Numbered from the stretch's first letter, positions 44,578 through 54,910 are shown. The stretch is 64,000 nt of DNA from Candidatus Geohabitans tengchongensis (GCA_031459625.1 JAVKIH010000001.1:117187-181186), one strand, 5' to 3'. Translations and numbers: made by a program. The notes: a model not told the origin generated them from the letters alone.

Positions 44578-46103
44578 CCCAGATCCCCGGCGCCGGGAGT
44601 GGGCGCCTCCAACCTGCCGCACGCCCCTTCCCGCCGGGGCGCTACCCGGTCGTCGTGGTGGGCAGCGGCCCCGGGGCGCTGCAGGTGGCCTACGCGCTGC
44701 GGCGGCTGGGCGTCGAGCCCGCCGTCCTCTCGGGAGACGACGCCCCCGGGGGGATGTTCCGGCACTACCCGCTCTTCCAGCGGCTTATCACCTGGTCGAA
44801 GGCCTATCCTCCGGGCGGGCCTGACGGGCGCCTGTACTACTGGCACGACTGGAACTCGCTCATCGTCGACGACCCGCGGGAGCGGGCGCTCCTCCCCGAG
44901 TTCATGGACGGGAGCTCCATCTTCCCCTCGCGCGAGGAGATGGCCCGCAGCCTCGTGGCCTTCGCGGAGCGCACCCGCCTGCGCGTGCGCTACGGGGTGA
45001 CCTGGGAGGGGACGCGGCGGGAGGCGGAGGGCTTCACGCTCCTCACCAGCGACGGGGCCTACCAGGCGCGCGTCCTGGTCTTCGCCGTCGGGATGGCCCA
45101 GCCGTGGAAGGCGCCTATCCCCGGGATCGAGCCCGTCCCGCACTACGTCGAGGCGAAGCCGCTCGCCGCCTACACCGGCAAGCGAGTCCTCATCATCGGC
45201 AAGCGCAACAGCGCCTTCGAGCTGGCCGACGCGCTCCTCCCGGTGGCCCGCCAGCTCGTCCTCCTCTCGCCCCGGCCGCCGCTCCTCTCCCTGCTGCACC
45301 GCTCCACGGCCGGCGTGCGGGCCCGGTACGCCGTGCCGTACGAGGACCACGCGCTGGGCGGCAACGTCTTCGTCCTGGACGCCGCCGTCGAGCGGGTGGA
45401 GCGCACCGCAGACGGCTACCGAGTGCACGCGCAGGGGACCACACGTCCCGGGCCGCTGGTGCTGGAGAGGGAGGAGGCCATCGTGGCCACCGGTTTCGCC
45501 GCGCCGCTCGGCGACCTGCGCGCGCTCGGGGTGGCCACCTTCGCCCAGGACCGGCTGCCGGGCCTCACGCCATTCTGGGAGAGCGCCACCGTCCCGGGGA
45601 TCTACTTCGCCGGTGCCGCCTCCCAGGGCGCCGTGGGGCTGCGCAAGCACGGCGTTCCCAGCAATTCCGGGGGGATTGGCGGCTTCCGGCACAACGCCCG
45701 CGTGCTGGCCCGCCACCTGGTGGAGACGCACTTCGGGCAGCGCCTGCCGCGGCCCACGCTGCACCCCGAGGCCGTCGTCCCCTACCTGCTCGGCGAGGCC
45801 ACCCGCGCCTCGGAGCTGTGGAACCAGCGCTCCTACCTGGCGCGGGTGGTGGCCTTCGACCGCGAGCGCGGCATCACCGACGAGGGGATCCTGCCGCTGG
45901 CCTGGTTCGTGGACGCGCCGGGGCCCGACGCGGTGGCCATCGTGCTGGAGACGGACGCCACCGGCGACCACCACCCGGCGGTGTACGTGCGCCGGGGCGG
46001 GCGGGTGACGGAGCACGTCCTCCCCGGCGACCCGCTCCTCACCTTCGAGCGCCCCGACCACCACGCGCAGCTCGCCGACATCCTGCGGGGCCTGCTGGCC
46101 TGA
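44574..46103 (+). CDS. NAD(P)/FAD-dependent oxidoreductase (flavin-monooxygenase / pyridine-nucleotide-disulfide-like)
   Basis: Two Rossmann GxGxxG/A motifs (VVVVGSGPGALQVAYAL; VLIIGKRNSAFELADAL). GTGA overlap with the upstream gene. Confidence 0.75.
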   Translation: MTQIPGAGSGRLQPAARPFPPGRYPVVVVGSGPGALQVAYALRRLGVEPAVLSGDDAPGGMFRHYPLFQRLITWSKAYPPGGPDGRLYYWHDWNSLIVDDPRERALLPEFMDGSSIFPSREEMARSLVAFAERTRLRVRYGVTWEGTRREAEGFTLLTSDGAYQARVLVFAVGMAQPWKAPIPGIEPVPHYVEAKPLAAYTGKRVLIIGKRNSAFELADALLPVARQLVLLSPRPPLLSLLHRSTAGVRARYAVPYEDHALGGNVFVLDAAVERVERTADGYRVHAQGTTRPGPLVLEREEAIVATGFAAPLGDLRALGVATFAQDRLPGLTPFWESATVPGIYFAGAASQGAVGLRKHGVPSNSGGIGGFRHNARVLARHLVETHFGQRLPRPTLHPEAVVPYLLGEATRASELWNQRSYLARVVAFDRERGITDEGILPLAWFVDAPGPDAVAIVLETDATGDHHPAVYVRRGGRVTEHVLPGDPLLTFERPDHHAQLADILRGLLA

Positions 46104-46182
46104 CGGCACGCCGCAGCAGCGGGTGACGGGGCCGGCCTCATCTGCCGAAGGTGGCCGTTTGCAACTGGGCCCGGGGCGAGTG

Positions 46183-46611
46183 TCAGTGGTGGACCTGGTC
46201 GGTGACGGCGCGGAGCCGGCGCACCACCTCGCGCAGGATGGCCAGGGTGATGCGGGGGTGCCGCTCCAGCAGCCGGGTGAAGTCCCAGGAGGCCAAGGCG
46301 AGGCAGGTCGTGGGTTCCTCGGTGATCACGTGCGCCAGGCGCGGGGCCCGGTCGAGCACGGAGACCTCGCCGAAGAACTCGCCGGGCCCCAGGCGGTTCA
46401 GGACCTCGTGGCCCCGCACCACGCGCACGCGTCCGCGCACGATCATGTAGAAGCCCGTGCCCACCTGACCCTGGCGCACGATGTAGCGGTTGGCGGGGAA
46501 CTCGATCTCCTGCGCGCGGTCCGCGATCATGCCCAGCGCCCGGCCGGAGATCCCGGAGAAGAGGGCGACGCGGCGCAGGAGCTGGACTCTCTGACGGCGG
46601 GTCATGGGCAT
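46183..46611 (-). CDS. cyclic-nucleotide-binding domain protein (standalone)
   Basis: FPANRYIVRQGQVGTGFYMIVRGRVRV…GPGEFFGEVSVLDRAPRLAHVI. Confidence 0.7.
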   Translation of the reverse strand: MPMTRRQRVQLLRRVALFSGISGRALGMIADRAQEIEFPANRYIVRQGQVGTGFYMIVRGRVRVVRGHEVLNRLGPGEFFGEVSVLDRAPRLAHVITEEPTTCLALASWDFTRLLERHPRITLAILREVVRRLRAVTDQVHH

Positions 46612-47561
46612 GAGCGTCCCTCGCGGGCGCCATCGTCTTCGACGTCGCTTCGGGCGGTCCTCTCCCGGGCGCCCGCCCGGTAGATGGTCGGTCCGGCGGC
46701 CGACGCTTCCTCCACGACCCGGCCGTCCGTCACCAGCAGGTCGAGGTGCCCGACCACCTCGGCCACCGCCAGCATCACGTGCACCGCGTCCGTGCCGGGG
46801 AAGAGACGCTGCGCCAGGGTGAAGGCGGTCTGCGGCCCCATGGCGGCCAAGAGTCGGGCCACCTCCTCGGCCCGCCGCACGTGGTGGTCGAGGAGGGCTG
46901 CCGCCCGGGCCGCGGGGTCGCGGAAGGGCGGGCCGTGCCCGGGGAAGACCGTCTCCGCCGGCAGGGCGGCCAGGCGGCGCAGCGAGGTCAGGAGGAGCGG
47001 CAGGGTGCGCACCCGCCGGCCCTCCGGGGTGAACTCGACGAGCGGGTTGGCGCTGGTCTCCTCCAGCAGGACGTCCCCGGCGATGAGGGCGTCGTCGGCG
47101 ACGAGGGCGATGTGCCCGGCAGAGTGCCCCGGCGTGTGCACCACCCGCAGCGCCCCCTCCCCGCAGGGCAGCGTGGCACCGTCGGCGAGCGGGGTGACGG
47201 CGGACAGCGGGTCGAACAGCTTCCGACTCTGCCGCAGCGCGTCGAGGACCGCCGGGCCGAAGGCCTGGGGCACCCCGGCCAGCCGCAGCGCCTCCAGGAC
47301 CTGGTCCGCAACGCTCCGGTCGGCGGTGTACTTGGGACTGTCCGCCGGGTGGGCCAGCACCTCGGCACCGCTGACCCCGGCCAGCGCGGCGGCCTGACCG
47401 AAGTGGTCGGGGTGGCCGTGGGTGAGGACGATGCGCCGGATGTCCGCGGGCGCACGTCCGTAGGCGCGCAGGCCGGCGAGCAGGGCCTCCCACGCCTGCG
47501 GTGTCTTCGGGCCCGCATCCACCAGCGTGACGGGCGGGCCGGGCAGGAGGTAGGCGTTCAC
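46602..47561 (-). CDS. MBL-fold metallo-hydrolase
   Basis: HxHxDH motif (LTHGHPDHFG) plus downstream His and Asp. Start inferred (GTG 47561). The longer ATG model would overlap the divergent fadD start. Confidence 0.7.
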   Translation of the reverse strand: MNAYLLPGPPVTLVDAGPKTPQAWEALLAGLRAYGRAPADIRRIVLTHGHPDHFGQAAALAGVSGAEVLAHPADSPKYTADRSVADQVLEALRLAGVPQAFGPAVLDALRQSRKLFDPLSAVTPLADGATLPCGEGALRVVHTPGHSAGHIALVADDALIAGDVLLEETSANPLVEFTPEGRRVRTLPLLLTSLRRLAALPAETVFPGHGPPFRDPAARAAALLDHHVRRAEEVARLLAAMGPQTAFTLAQRLFPGTDAVHVMLAVAEVVGHLDLLVTDGRVVEEASAAGPTIYRAGARERTARSDVEDDGAREGRSCP

Positions 47562-47673
47562 CGGCCCGACAGGGAGCGGCGTGGGGAGGGTGAGGGGGAG
47601 GATCTCCGTGAGAGGGCAATTCGCCCTTCCGGCGAAGAATCCCGCCGTGGCCCTGCTCCAGGCACCGCCCAGG

Positions 47674-49488
47674 ATGGGGGAGCGCGCCCCGGCGACCGCG
47701 AGCGTCCCCGCGGCCTTCTTCGCCCGCGCGGCACGCCACCCCCACAAGGTGGCCCTGCGGCGCAAGCGCCTGGGGCTGTGGGAGCCGATCACCTGGGGAG
47801 CCTACGCGGAGGCGGTGCAGCTGGTGGGGCACGCCCTGCTGGCCCTGGGGGTGCAGCCGGGAGAGCGGGTCGGGGTGGTGGGGGAGAACCGGCCCGAGTG
47901 GCTGATGAGCGACCTGGGCATCCAGGCCGCCGGCGGGTGGACCGTGGGGATTTACACCACCAGCAGCCCCGAACAGGTGGCCTACATCCTCGACCACGCC
48001 GGGTGCCGCCTGTACATCGTCGAGGGCGAGGAGCAGCTCGACAAAGCCCTGGAGGTGCGCGGCAGGCTGCCGGCCCTCGAGCGCATCGTCGTCATGGACC
48101 CGGAGGGGTTGCGCGGCTTCCGCGACCCGCAGGTGCTGCTGTGGGAGGACTTCCTGGCGCTGGGGCGGGCGCACCGGCAGGCCCACCCCGACGCCCTGGA
48201 TGCGCGCTGGAGCGGCATCGGCCCCGACGACGTGGCGGTGCTGATCTACACCTCGGGGACCACCGGGCCGCCCAAGGGGGCGATGCTCACCCACGGGAAC
48301 ATCCTGTGGACGCTCGAGGCCCTCGACCAGGCCCTGGACTTCCGCCCCACCGACGAGGTCCTCTCCTACCTACCGCTCTCCCACATCGCCGAGCGCCTCC
48401 TCTCCGTCTTCGGGCCGATCCGCATTGGCTACACCGTCAACTTCATCGAGAACGTCGACACGGTGCTGGAGAACCTGCGCGAGGTGGCCCCGACCATCCT
48501 CTTCGTCGTGCCGCGCATCCTGGAGAAGCTCCACTCCGCGGTGACGCTGCGGCTGCAGGAGGTCGATCCGGTCAAGCGCACCGCCTGCCGGCTGGCCATG
48601 GCGGTGGGCCGGCGCGCCGCACCGCCACGCTGGCGGGGGGGGCGGGCCGCGCTGCCGGTGGAGGCGCTGTACCGGCTCGCGGACCTGCTGGTGCTGGGGC
48701 CGCTGCGCCGCCGGCTGGGCCTCCACCGGGCGCGCTGGGTCCTCTGCGGCGCCGCGCCCGTCGCCCCCGACGTGCTGGCGGCGTTCTGGGCGCTGGGCGT
48801 GCCGGTGCGCCAGGTCTACGGCCAGACCGAGGGGAGCGGGCCGACCACGGTCCACCGCGACGGGGACATCCGCCTGGAGACGGTGGGGCGGCCGCTGCCG
48901 GGCGTGGAGGTGCGCCTGGCCCCCGACGGGGAGATCCTGGTGCGGGGCGGGAACGTCTTCCGCGGCTACTACCGCGACCCGGAGGCCACCGCGGCGGCGC
49001 TGCAGGACGGGTGGCTCTGCTCCGGCGACGTCGGGGTGCTCGACCCCGACGGCCACCTGCGCATCACCGACCGCAAGAAGGACCTGATCATCACCGCCGG
49101 CGGCAAGAACATCGCCCCGCAGGCCATCGAGAACCGGCTGAAGTTCTCCCCCTACATCCACGACGCGGTCGTCATCGGCGAGGGGCGCCGCTACCTGGTG
49201 GCGCTGGTCGTCATCGACGAGGAGAACGTCTCGCGCTGGGCGCAGGAACGCCGGCTGCCCTTCACCACCTACAGCGACCTGGCCGCGCACCCGGAGGTCC
49301 ACCGCCTGGTGGCGCAGGAGGTGGAGGCGGTGAACCGCACGCTCTCCTCCCCCGAGCAGGTCAAGCGCTTCGCCATCTTGCCCAAACGGCTCTACGCTGA
49401 GGACGGCGATGTGACGCCCACGCTGAAGGTACGCCGCAAGGCGATCATGGAGAAGTACCGGGACCTGGTCGAGAGCCTCTACCGGTAG
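47674..49488 (+). CDS. long-chain-fatty-acid--CoA ligase (AMP-dependent synthetase)
   Basis: AMP-binding motif IYTSGTTGPPKGAML. Other motifs: …YGQTEG…; …GWLCSGDVG…DRKKDLIITAGGKNI…. Confidence 0.85.
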   Translation: MGERAPATASVPAAFFARAARHPHKVALRRKRLGLWEPITWGAYAEAVQLVGHALLALGVQPGERVGVVGENRPEWLMSDLGIQAAGGWTVGIYTTSSPEQVAYILDHAGCRLYIVEGEEQLDKALEVRGRLPALERIVVMDPEGLRGFRDPQVLLWEDFLALGRAHRQAHPDALDARWSGIGPDDVAVLIYTSGTTGPPKGAMLTHGNILWTLEALDQALDFRPTDEVLSYLPLSHIAERLLSVFGPIRIGYTVNFIENVDTVLENLREVAPTILFVVPRILEKLHSAVTLRLQEVDPVKRTACRLAMAVGRRAAPPRWRGGRAALPVEALYRLADLLVLGPLRRRLGLHRARWVLCGAAPVAPDVLAAFWALGVPVRQVYGQTEGSGPTTVHRDGDIRLETVGRPLPGVEVRLAPDGEILVRGGNVFRGYYRDPEATAAALQDGWLCSGDVGVLDPDGHLRITDRKKDLIITAGGKNIAPQAIENRLKFSPYIHDAVVIGEGRRYLVALVVIDEENVSRWAQERRLPFTTYSDLAAHPEVHRLVAQEVEAVNRTLSSPEQVKRFAILPKRLYAEDGDVTPTLKVRRKAIMEKYRDLVESLYR

Positions 49489-49495
49489 GGCACCC

Positions 49496-51193
49496 GTGCA
49501 CCCGTTGGTCCGCCCCCTCGGGGTCTGCTTCCTGCTGGCGGCGCTCCTCGCCGCCCCGGGCCCGGCGTCCGTCACCGGCTTCGGGACCGCCGCCACCGCT
49601 CCCGCCCTCGGGGGATCCCGCGACACGCTCGTCATCGGGATGAACCAGGAGCCGGACCGCCTGGGCCGCTTCTCGGTGATGTCTGCGGCGCGGGTGGTGG
49701 AGGGGGCGCTCTTCGCCCATATCGCCCCCTACACGGAGCGGTGGGTGCGCCGCCCCGTGCTGGTGGAGGACTTCCCGACGCTGGCCAACGGCCGCTGGCA
49801 GGTGCGGCCCGACGGGCGGATGCGCCTGGTGTGGCGGGTCCGCCGCGGCTTCCGCTGGCACGACGGGCGCCCGGTGACCGCGCTGGACTTCCGGTTCACC
49901 TTCGCCATGGTGCGCCACCCGGCCACCCCGGGGGTGAGCCGGGCGGTACTCGGCAAGGTGGAGCACGTCTTCGTCCCCAATCCGGACGACCCCTACACGC
50001 TGGTGGTGCAGTGGCGGGAGCGCTACCCCTTCGCCGGCACGCTGCCCTTCGGGGAGCCCGTGGTCTTCCCCCGCCACCGCCTGGAGGCGGCCTTCCTGCG
50101 CTCGCCGGCGCGCCTGCCGCTCGACCCCTACTGGCGCGCGCCGCTCGGCAACGGCCCCTACCGGTTCGTGGAGTGGGTGCCCGGCAGCCACATCCTGCTC
50201 GAGGCGGTGCCCCACTTCCCCCTTGGCGCCCCCCGCATCCGCCGCCTCCTCTTCCGCTTCGTGCCGGACGCCACGGTGCTGCAGACGCTGGCCATCGCCG
50301 GTCAGGTGGACGCCACCGAGATCAGCGGCTTCGGGGTGGAGCAGGCTCTGGAGGTGCAGCGGCGGAGCTCGGGGGCGGTGGCCCTCTTCACGCCGTCGCT
50401 GCGCTGGGAGCGCATCCTCTTCAACCTGGACGACCCCTGGCTGGCCGACCGGCGGGTGCGCTGGGCCATCGCCCACGCCATCGACCGCGAGGGCATCGTG
50501 CGCACGCTCTTCCAGGGACGCTACCCGCTGGCCCACACCTGGCTCGCCCCCCGCCACCCGGCCAGCAACCCGCACGTGCGCCGCTACGCCTACGACCCGG
50601 CGCGGGCCCGGCAGCTGCTGGCGGAGGCGGGCTTCACCCCCGGACCCGACGGCGTGCTGCGCGACGCGGCGGGGCGGCGGGTGGAGCTGACCATCATGTC
50701 CACCGCCGGGGTGGCCGTGCGGGAACAGATCGAGGAGATCGTCCAGGACCAGCTACGCGCCGTGGGCATCGCCCTGCGCATCGACAACCGCCCCGCGTCG
50801 GTGCTGCTGGGGCAGATCACCGTGCGGCGGCAGTTCCCGCACCTGGCGCTCTACTCCACCCTCTTCAGCCTCGAGTCCACGGGGTTCGAGGGGTTCCACA
50901 GCAGCCAGATCCCCTCGCCGGCCAACAACTGGGAGGGCTTCAACGTCATGGGGTGGCGCCACCCCGAGAACGACCGCCTGCTGGAGGCCATCACCACCGA
51001 GCTGGACGAGCGGCGCCGCCACGAGCTGCTGCGGCGGCAGCAGGCCATCTTCGCCGAGGAGCTGCCGGCGCTCCCGCTGTACTTCGTGCCGGCGATCGTC
51101 ACCGTGCCCCGCACGCTGCGCGGCGTGCGCCCCACCGGCCTCTTTGGCTCCTTCCTCACCTGGAACGCCTGGGAGTGGGCGTGGGCGGAGTGA
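49496..51193 (+). CDS. ABC transporter substrate-binding protein, family 5
   Basis: Signal peptide plus SBP_bac_5 architecture. GTG start. Confidence 0.85.
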   Translation: MHPLVRPLGVCFLLAALLAAPGPASVTGFGTAATAPALGGSRDTLVIGMNQEPDRLGRFSVMSAARVVEGALFAHIAPYTERWVRRPVLVEDFPTLANGRWQVRPDGRMRLVWRVRRGFRWHDGRPVTALDFRFTFAMVRHPATPGVSRAVLGKVEHVFVPNPDDPYTLVVQWRERYPFAGTLPFGEPVVFPRHRLEAAFLRSPARLPLDPYWRAPLGNGPYRFVEWVPGSHILLEAVPHFPLGAPRIRRLLFRFVPDATVLQTLAIAGQVDATEISGFGVEQALEVQRRSSGAVALFTPSLRWERILFNLDDPWLADRRVRWAIAHAIDREGIVRTLFQGRYPLAHTWLAPRHPASNPHVRRYAYDPARARQLLAEAGFTPGPDGVLRDAAGRRVELTIMSTAGVAVREQIEEIVQDQLRAVGIALRIDNRPASVLLGQITVRRQFPHLALYSTLFSLESTGFEGFHSSQIPSPANNWEGFNVMGWRHPENDRLLEAITTELDERRRHELLRRQQAIFAEELPALPLYFVPAIVTVPRTLRGVRPTGLFGSFLTWNAWEWAWAE

Positions 51194-51298
51194 CGGCGTG
51201 AGCCGCGTGAGGGGCGCGGGCGCCGCGCGCTGCCGTTGCGGCGGTGTCGCGGCCCTCATCCCGGCGGCGATCCCGTGAGCGCGCCCCCCACCGGCCAC

Positions 51299-52327
51299 AT
51301 GCTCCGCGAGATCCGGGAGCAGCCCCAGGTGGCCGCGCGCCTGCTGACCGAGGGGAGGGGGGAGGTGGCGGCGCTGGCTCGCGTCCTGCGCCGCCGTCAG
51401 CCCCCGTTCGTCGTCTTCGCGGCGCGCGGCTCCTCGGACAACGCCGCCGTCTATGGCAAGTACCTGGTGGAGACCCTGCTGGGGGTGCCGGCGGCTCTGG
51501 CCGCGCCCTCGACCGTGACGCTGTACCGGCGGTCCCTGCGGTTGCGCGGGGCCCTCGTGGTCGGCCTCTCCCAGTCGGGGGCGTCTCCCGACGTCGTCGA
51601 GTTCGTGGCGGCGGCACGCCGGGCCGGGGCGCTCGCGGTGGCGGTGACGAACCGCCCGCGCTCGCCGCTCGCGGACGCGGCCGCCCACGTCCTGTGGCTG
51701 CGCGCCGGCGCGGAGCGCAGCGTGGCGGCCACCAAGACCTTCCTGGCGCAGCTCCTGGTGCTGGCGATGCTCGTGGGAGCCTGGGGGCGGGTGGGGACGC
51801 TGCGCCGAGGTCTGGCGCGGGTGCCGGGGGCGGTGGAGGAGGCGCTGGCGCTGGACGCCCCCGTGACCGCGCTGGCGCGGCGGTGGCGCGACGCCACCGG
51901 CTGTCTCGTCACCGGCCGCGGCTACGGCTATCCCGTGGCGCTGGAGACCGCCCTCAAGCTGAAGGAGGCCTGCTACCTGATGGCGGAGGCGCTGTCGGGC
52001 GCGGACCTGCTCCACGGCCCGATCGCGCTGGCGGCACCGGGCGTGCCGGTGCTGCTCGTGGCCCTGCGGGGACCGTCGCTGGCGGCGCAGCGCGCGGTGA
52101 CGCGGCGGCTGGCCGCGCGCGGTGCCGAGGTCGCCCTGGTGACGGATGCGCGCCGCGCCGGCCCGCCTGCCGCCACGGTCCTCCCGCTCCCGCAGGACCT
52201 CCCCGAACCGCTGGCCGCCATCCCGGCAGCCGTCCCCGCCCAGCTGCTGGCGTGGCATTTGGCCGTCCAGCGCGGCATCGACCCCGACCGGCCCCGCGGG
52301 CTACGCAAGGTGACCCGCACCCGGTGA
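51299..52327 (+). CDS. SIS-domain sugar-phosphate isomerase/deaminase (GlmS-C-terminal-like, candidate NagB-II glucosamine-6-P deaminase)
   Basis: Two SIS modules (…VFAARGSSDNAAVYGKYLVE…; …GLSQSGASPDVVEFV…). No HTH. Sits immediately upstream of nagA. Confidence 0.7.
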   Translation: MLREIREQPQVAARLLTEGRGEVAALARVLRRRQPPFVVFAARGSSDNAAVYGKYLVETLLGVPAALAAPSTVTLYRRSLRLRGALVVGLSQSGASPDVVEFVAAARRAGALAVAVTNRPRSPLADAAAHVLWLRAGAERSVAATKTFLAQLLVLAMLVGAWGRVGTLRRGLARVPGAVEEALALDAPVTALARRWRDATGCLVTGRGYGYPVALETALKLKEACYLMAEALSGADLLHGPIALAAPGVPVLLVALRGPSLAAQRAVTRRLAARGAEVALVTDARRAGPPAATVLPLPQDLPEPLAAIPAAVPAQLLAWHLAVQRGIDPDRPRGLRKVTRTR

Positions 52328-52331
52328 CCCC

Positions 52332-53519
52332 GTGACCCCCGCGTCCCCATCCCGTCCGCTGCGCACGGCCGCCGGCCGCGTGCGCATCGCCGCCGGCCGC
52401 GTGGTGGCGCCGGACGGCGACCTCACGCCCGGCTGGGTGGAGGTGGCGGACGGCCGGATCGCCGTGGTGCAGGCGGGGTGGCCGGACGCGGCGGACGTGG
52501 CGCTGCCGCGCGGAGTCGTCCTGCCGGGGTTCGTCGACCTGCAGGTGAACGGCGCGGCCGGCGTGGACTTCCTCACGGTCGAAGACCCGGCCGCGCTGGA
52601 CCCGGCGCTCCGCCACCTCGCCGCCACGGGGGTGACGGGCTTCCTCCCCACCCTCATCAGCGCGCCCCTGCCGGTGGTGCGCCGCGCGCTGGAGGTGCTC
52701 AGCGCGGCGCGTGCCGCGGACCGGCCGGGGCCGCGCATCCTGGGCGTGCACCTGGAAGGGCCCTTCCTCGACCCCGCCCACGCCGGCGCCCACGACGTCG
52801 CCTGGCTGCAGGCGCCGTCGGTGGAGCTGGCCGAGGCACTCCTGGATGGCTCCGGCGCGGCGGTGCGCCTGGTGACGCTCGCGCCGGAGCTGCCCGGCGC
52901 AGGCGCGGTGATCGCCGCGCTGCGGGCGCGGGGAGTCGTCGTGGCTGCCGGCCACACCGGCGCCGACTTCGCCGCCGCCCGCGCGGCCTTCGACGCGGGC
53001 GTGGCGATGGTCACGCACCTGTTCAACGCCATGCGCCCGTTCCACCACCGCGAGCCGGGGCTCGTCGGTGCCGCCCTCCTGGACGGTCGGGTGTGCGCCT
53101 CGCTCATCCTCGACGACGTCCACCTCCATCCGGCCGCGGCGGCGCTGGCGATGCGGCTGCTCGGGCCGGAGCGGGCGGTCCTGGTGACGGACGCGGTGGC
53201 GGCGGCGGGCGCGCCTCCGGGGACCTACCGGCTGGGGACGCGCGAGGTCGTGGCACAGGACGGTGCGGTGCGTCTGCCCGACGGCACGCTGGCCGGCAGC
53301 CTCCTGACCATGGACGCGGCGGTGCGGCGCGCCTTGGCGCTCGGGGCGACCTGCCGCGACGTGGCCCGCATGGCGGCGCTGACCCCTGCAGCGCTCCTGG
53401 GGGTCCCGGCCGGCCTCCGCCCCGGGAACCCCGCGGACCTGGTCGTGCTCGATGAGGGTGGGCAGGTGGAGCTGACCCTGGTGGGCGGGGCCGTCGTCTT
53501 CCAGGCTGGCCGGTCCTGA
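52332..53519 (+). CDS. nagA: N-acetylglucosamine-6-phosphate deacetylase
   Basis: Amidohydrolase NagA motifs (GFVDLQVNG…HLEGPF…AAGHT…VTHLFNAM…). GTG start 4 nt after the upstream stop. Confidence 0.85.
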   Translation: MTPASPSRPLRTAAGRVRIAAGRVVAPDGDLTPGWVEVADGRIAVVQAGWPDAADVALPRGVVLPGFVDLQVNGAAGVDFLTVEDPAALDPALRHLAATGVTGFLPTLISAPLPVVRRALEVLSAARAADRPGPRILGVHLEGPFLDPAHAGAHDVAWLQAPSVELAEALLDGSGAAVRLVTLAPELPGAGAVIAALRARGVVVAAGHTGADFAAARAAFDAGVAMVTHLFNAMRPFHHREPGLVGAALLDGRVCASLILDDVHLHPAAAALAMRLLGPERAVLVTDAVAAAGAPPGTYRLGTREVVAQDGAVRLPDGTLAGSLLTMDAAVRRALALGATCRDVARMAALTPAALLGVPAGLRPGNPADLVVLDEGGQVELTLVGGAVVFQAGRS

Positions 53520-53650
53520 CGCGAGAGCCGCCTGCCGTCACCCGGGCGCACGGGGAAGCCCTCGCGGCGGACGGTCCCGTCGGTGGACCAGGGCGGGCGG
53601 CGGGCGGCGGCGAAGTGTGCTTGTACCGAGAGTCGCGGAGGTGACCGCAC

Positions 53651-54910
53651 ATGCGACGACGTCTCGTCGCCGGGGTACTCGTGGGGGTGCTGCTCGCGGG
53701 GCTTGGCGTCGCGGCCGCGCAGGCCCAGCAGCCCGTCAGGCTGACTTTCTGGAGCTGGCGGGTGGAGGACAAGTGGGCCTACGACCGGATGATCCGGGTC
53801 TTCCAGCAGCGCAACCCCGGGATCACCGTCGAGTTCATCCCCTACAAGGCCACCGAGTACAACACCATCCTCTCGTCGGCACTGACCGCCGGGAAGGGGC
53901 CCGACATCATCCACCTGCGGGCCTACGGCGGGCTGGAGACCTTCGCCGCGCCCGGCTTCATCCTCCCGCTGGACACGACGAAGGTGCCGGAGCTACGGCG
54001 CTTCCCGCTGCAGACGCTGGCGGGCGCGCGCAGCCGCAAGGACGGGCAGATCTACGGGGTGCCCTTCGCCACGCAGACCCTGGTCATCTACTACAACAAG
54101 AAGATCTTCGCGCAGCACAACCTCTCGGTGCCGCGCAGCTGGGACGAGTTTCTGACGGTGCTGCGCACCCTCAAGGAGAAGGGCGTCCTGCCCCTGGCCA
54201 ACGGCGGCAAGGAGGGGTGGACGCTCGAGGTGATGGCCGGCGTGCTCACCCCGAACTTCTACGGCGGCACGAGCTTCTACGAGGCGGTGATCCGCGGGCA
54301 CACCACCTTCAAGGACCCGAAGTTCACCGGCGCGCTGGCGAAGCTGCTGGAGCTGCGCCCGTACATGGCGGACGGGTTCATGGGGATCGACTACGCCACC
54401 ATGCAGCAGCTCTTCATCAACGAGCAGGCCGCTATGTTCATCGGCGGGTCGTGGGAGATCGGCTTCTTCAAGGCGCAGAACCGCAACCTCGACTTCGGCG
54501 TGTTCGCCGGCCCGCCGGAGAAGCCGGGGCAGGTGCCCTGGGTCTCCTCCTTCGCCGACGGGAACTACGGCATCAACGCCAAGACCCCGTACCCGGAGCA
54601 GGCGGTGAAGTTCATCCGCTTCACCGCCACGACCGAGTGGGGGCAGATGTTCACCGACCTGCTGGCCCAGCTCTCCGCCGTGCCGCGGGTCGTCGTGCGG
54701 GACCCCGTGCTGAAGCAGGTCCAGGCCCTCAACCGCAAGGCCACGCCCTACATCATGCTGGTCGGGTTCCGGTGGCAGACGCCGACGGGCTCCACCCTGC
54801 TGCAGAACGCCCTGCAGGCGATGCTGGCCGGCCGGATGACCCCTGTGCAGGTGGGGGAGGAGGTCACCCGCGGGCTGGCGAGCTGGTTTGAGCCCTTCCG
54901 CGGGCGGTAG
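53651..54910 (+). CDS. ABC transporter substrate-binding protein (carbohydrate family)
   Basis: Signal peptide plus SBP_bac_1-like sequence. Confidence 0.85.
   Translation: MRRRLVAGVLVGVLLAGLGVAAAQAQQPVRLTFWSWRVEDKWAYDRMIRVFQQRNPGITVEFIPYKATEYNTILSSALTAGKGPDIIHLRAYGGLETFAAPGFILPLDTTKVPELRRFPLQTLAGARSRKDGQIYGVPFATQTLVIYYNKKIFAQHNLSVPRSWDEFLTVLRTLKEKGVLPLANGGKEGWTLEVMAGVLTPNFYGGTSFYEAVIRGHTTFKDPKFTGALAKLLELRPYMADGFMGIDYATMQQLFINEQAAMFIGGSWEIGFFKAQNRNLDFGVFAGPPEKPGQVPWVSSFADGNYGINAKTPYPEQAVKFIRFTATTEWGQMFTDLLAQLSAVPRVVVRDPVLKQVQALNRKATPYIMLVGFRWQTPTGSTLLQNALQAMLAGRMTPVQVGEEVTRGLASWFEPFRGR

Noticed and set aside
44259-46103. Upstream start for the flavoprotein (614-aa model)
   Set aside because: The first 105 codons overlap the cNMP-binding gene in another frame. 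GTG 44574 gives a GTGA-coupled start directly before the first Rossmann motif.
46183-48294. 703-aa minus ORF and the 46746..49400 plus ORF
   Set aside because: Only the C-terminal 142 codons of the minus ORF (cNMP-binding protein) are real. The rest is antisense to the MBL and fadD genes.
52340-52400. Short direct repeat (ggccgcgtg…cgccggccgcgtg) inside nagA
   Set aside because: Coding-sequence repetition of an Ala/Gly/Arg-rich segment (…AAGRVRIAAGRVV…). Not a regulatory or mobile repeat.
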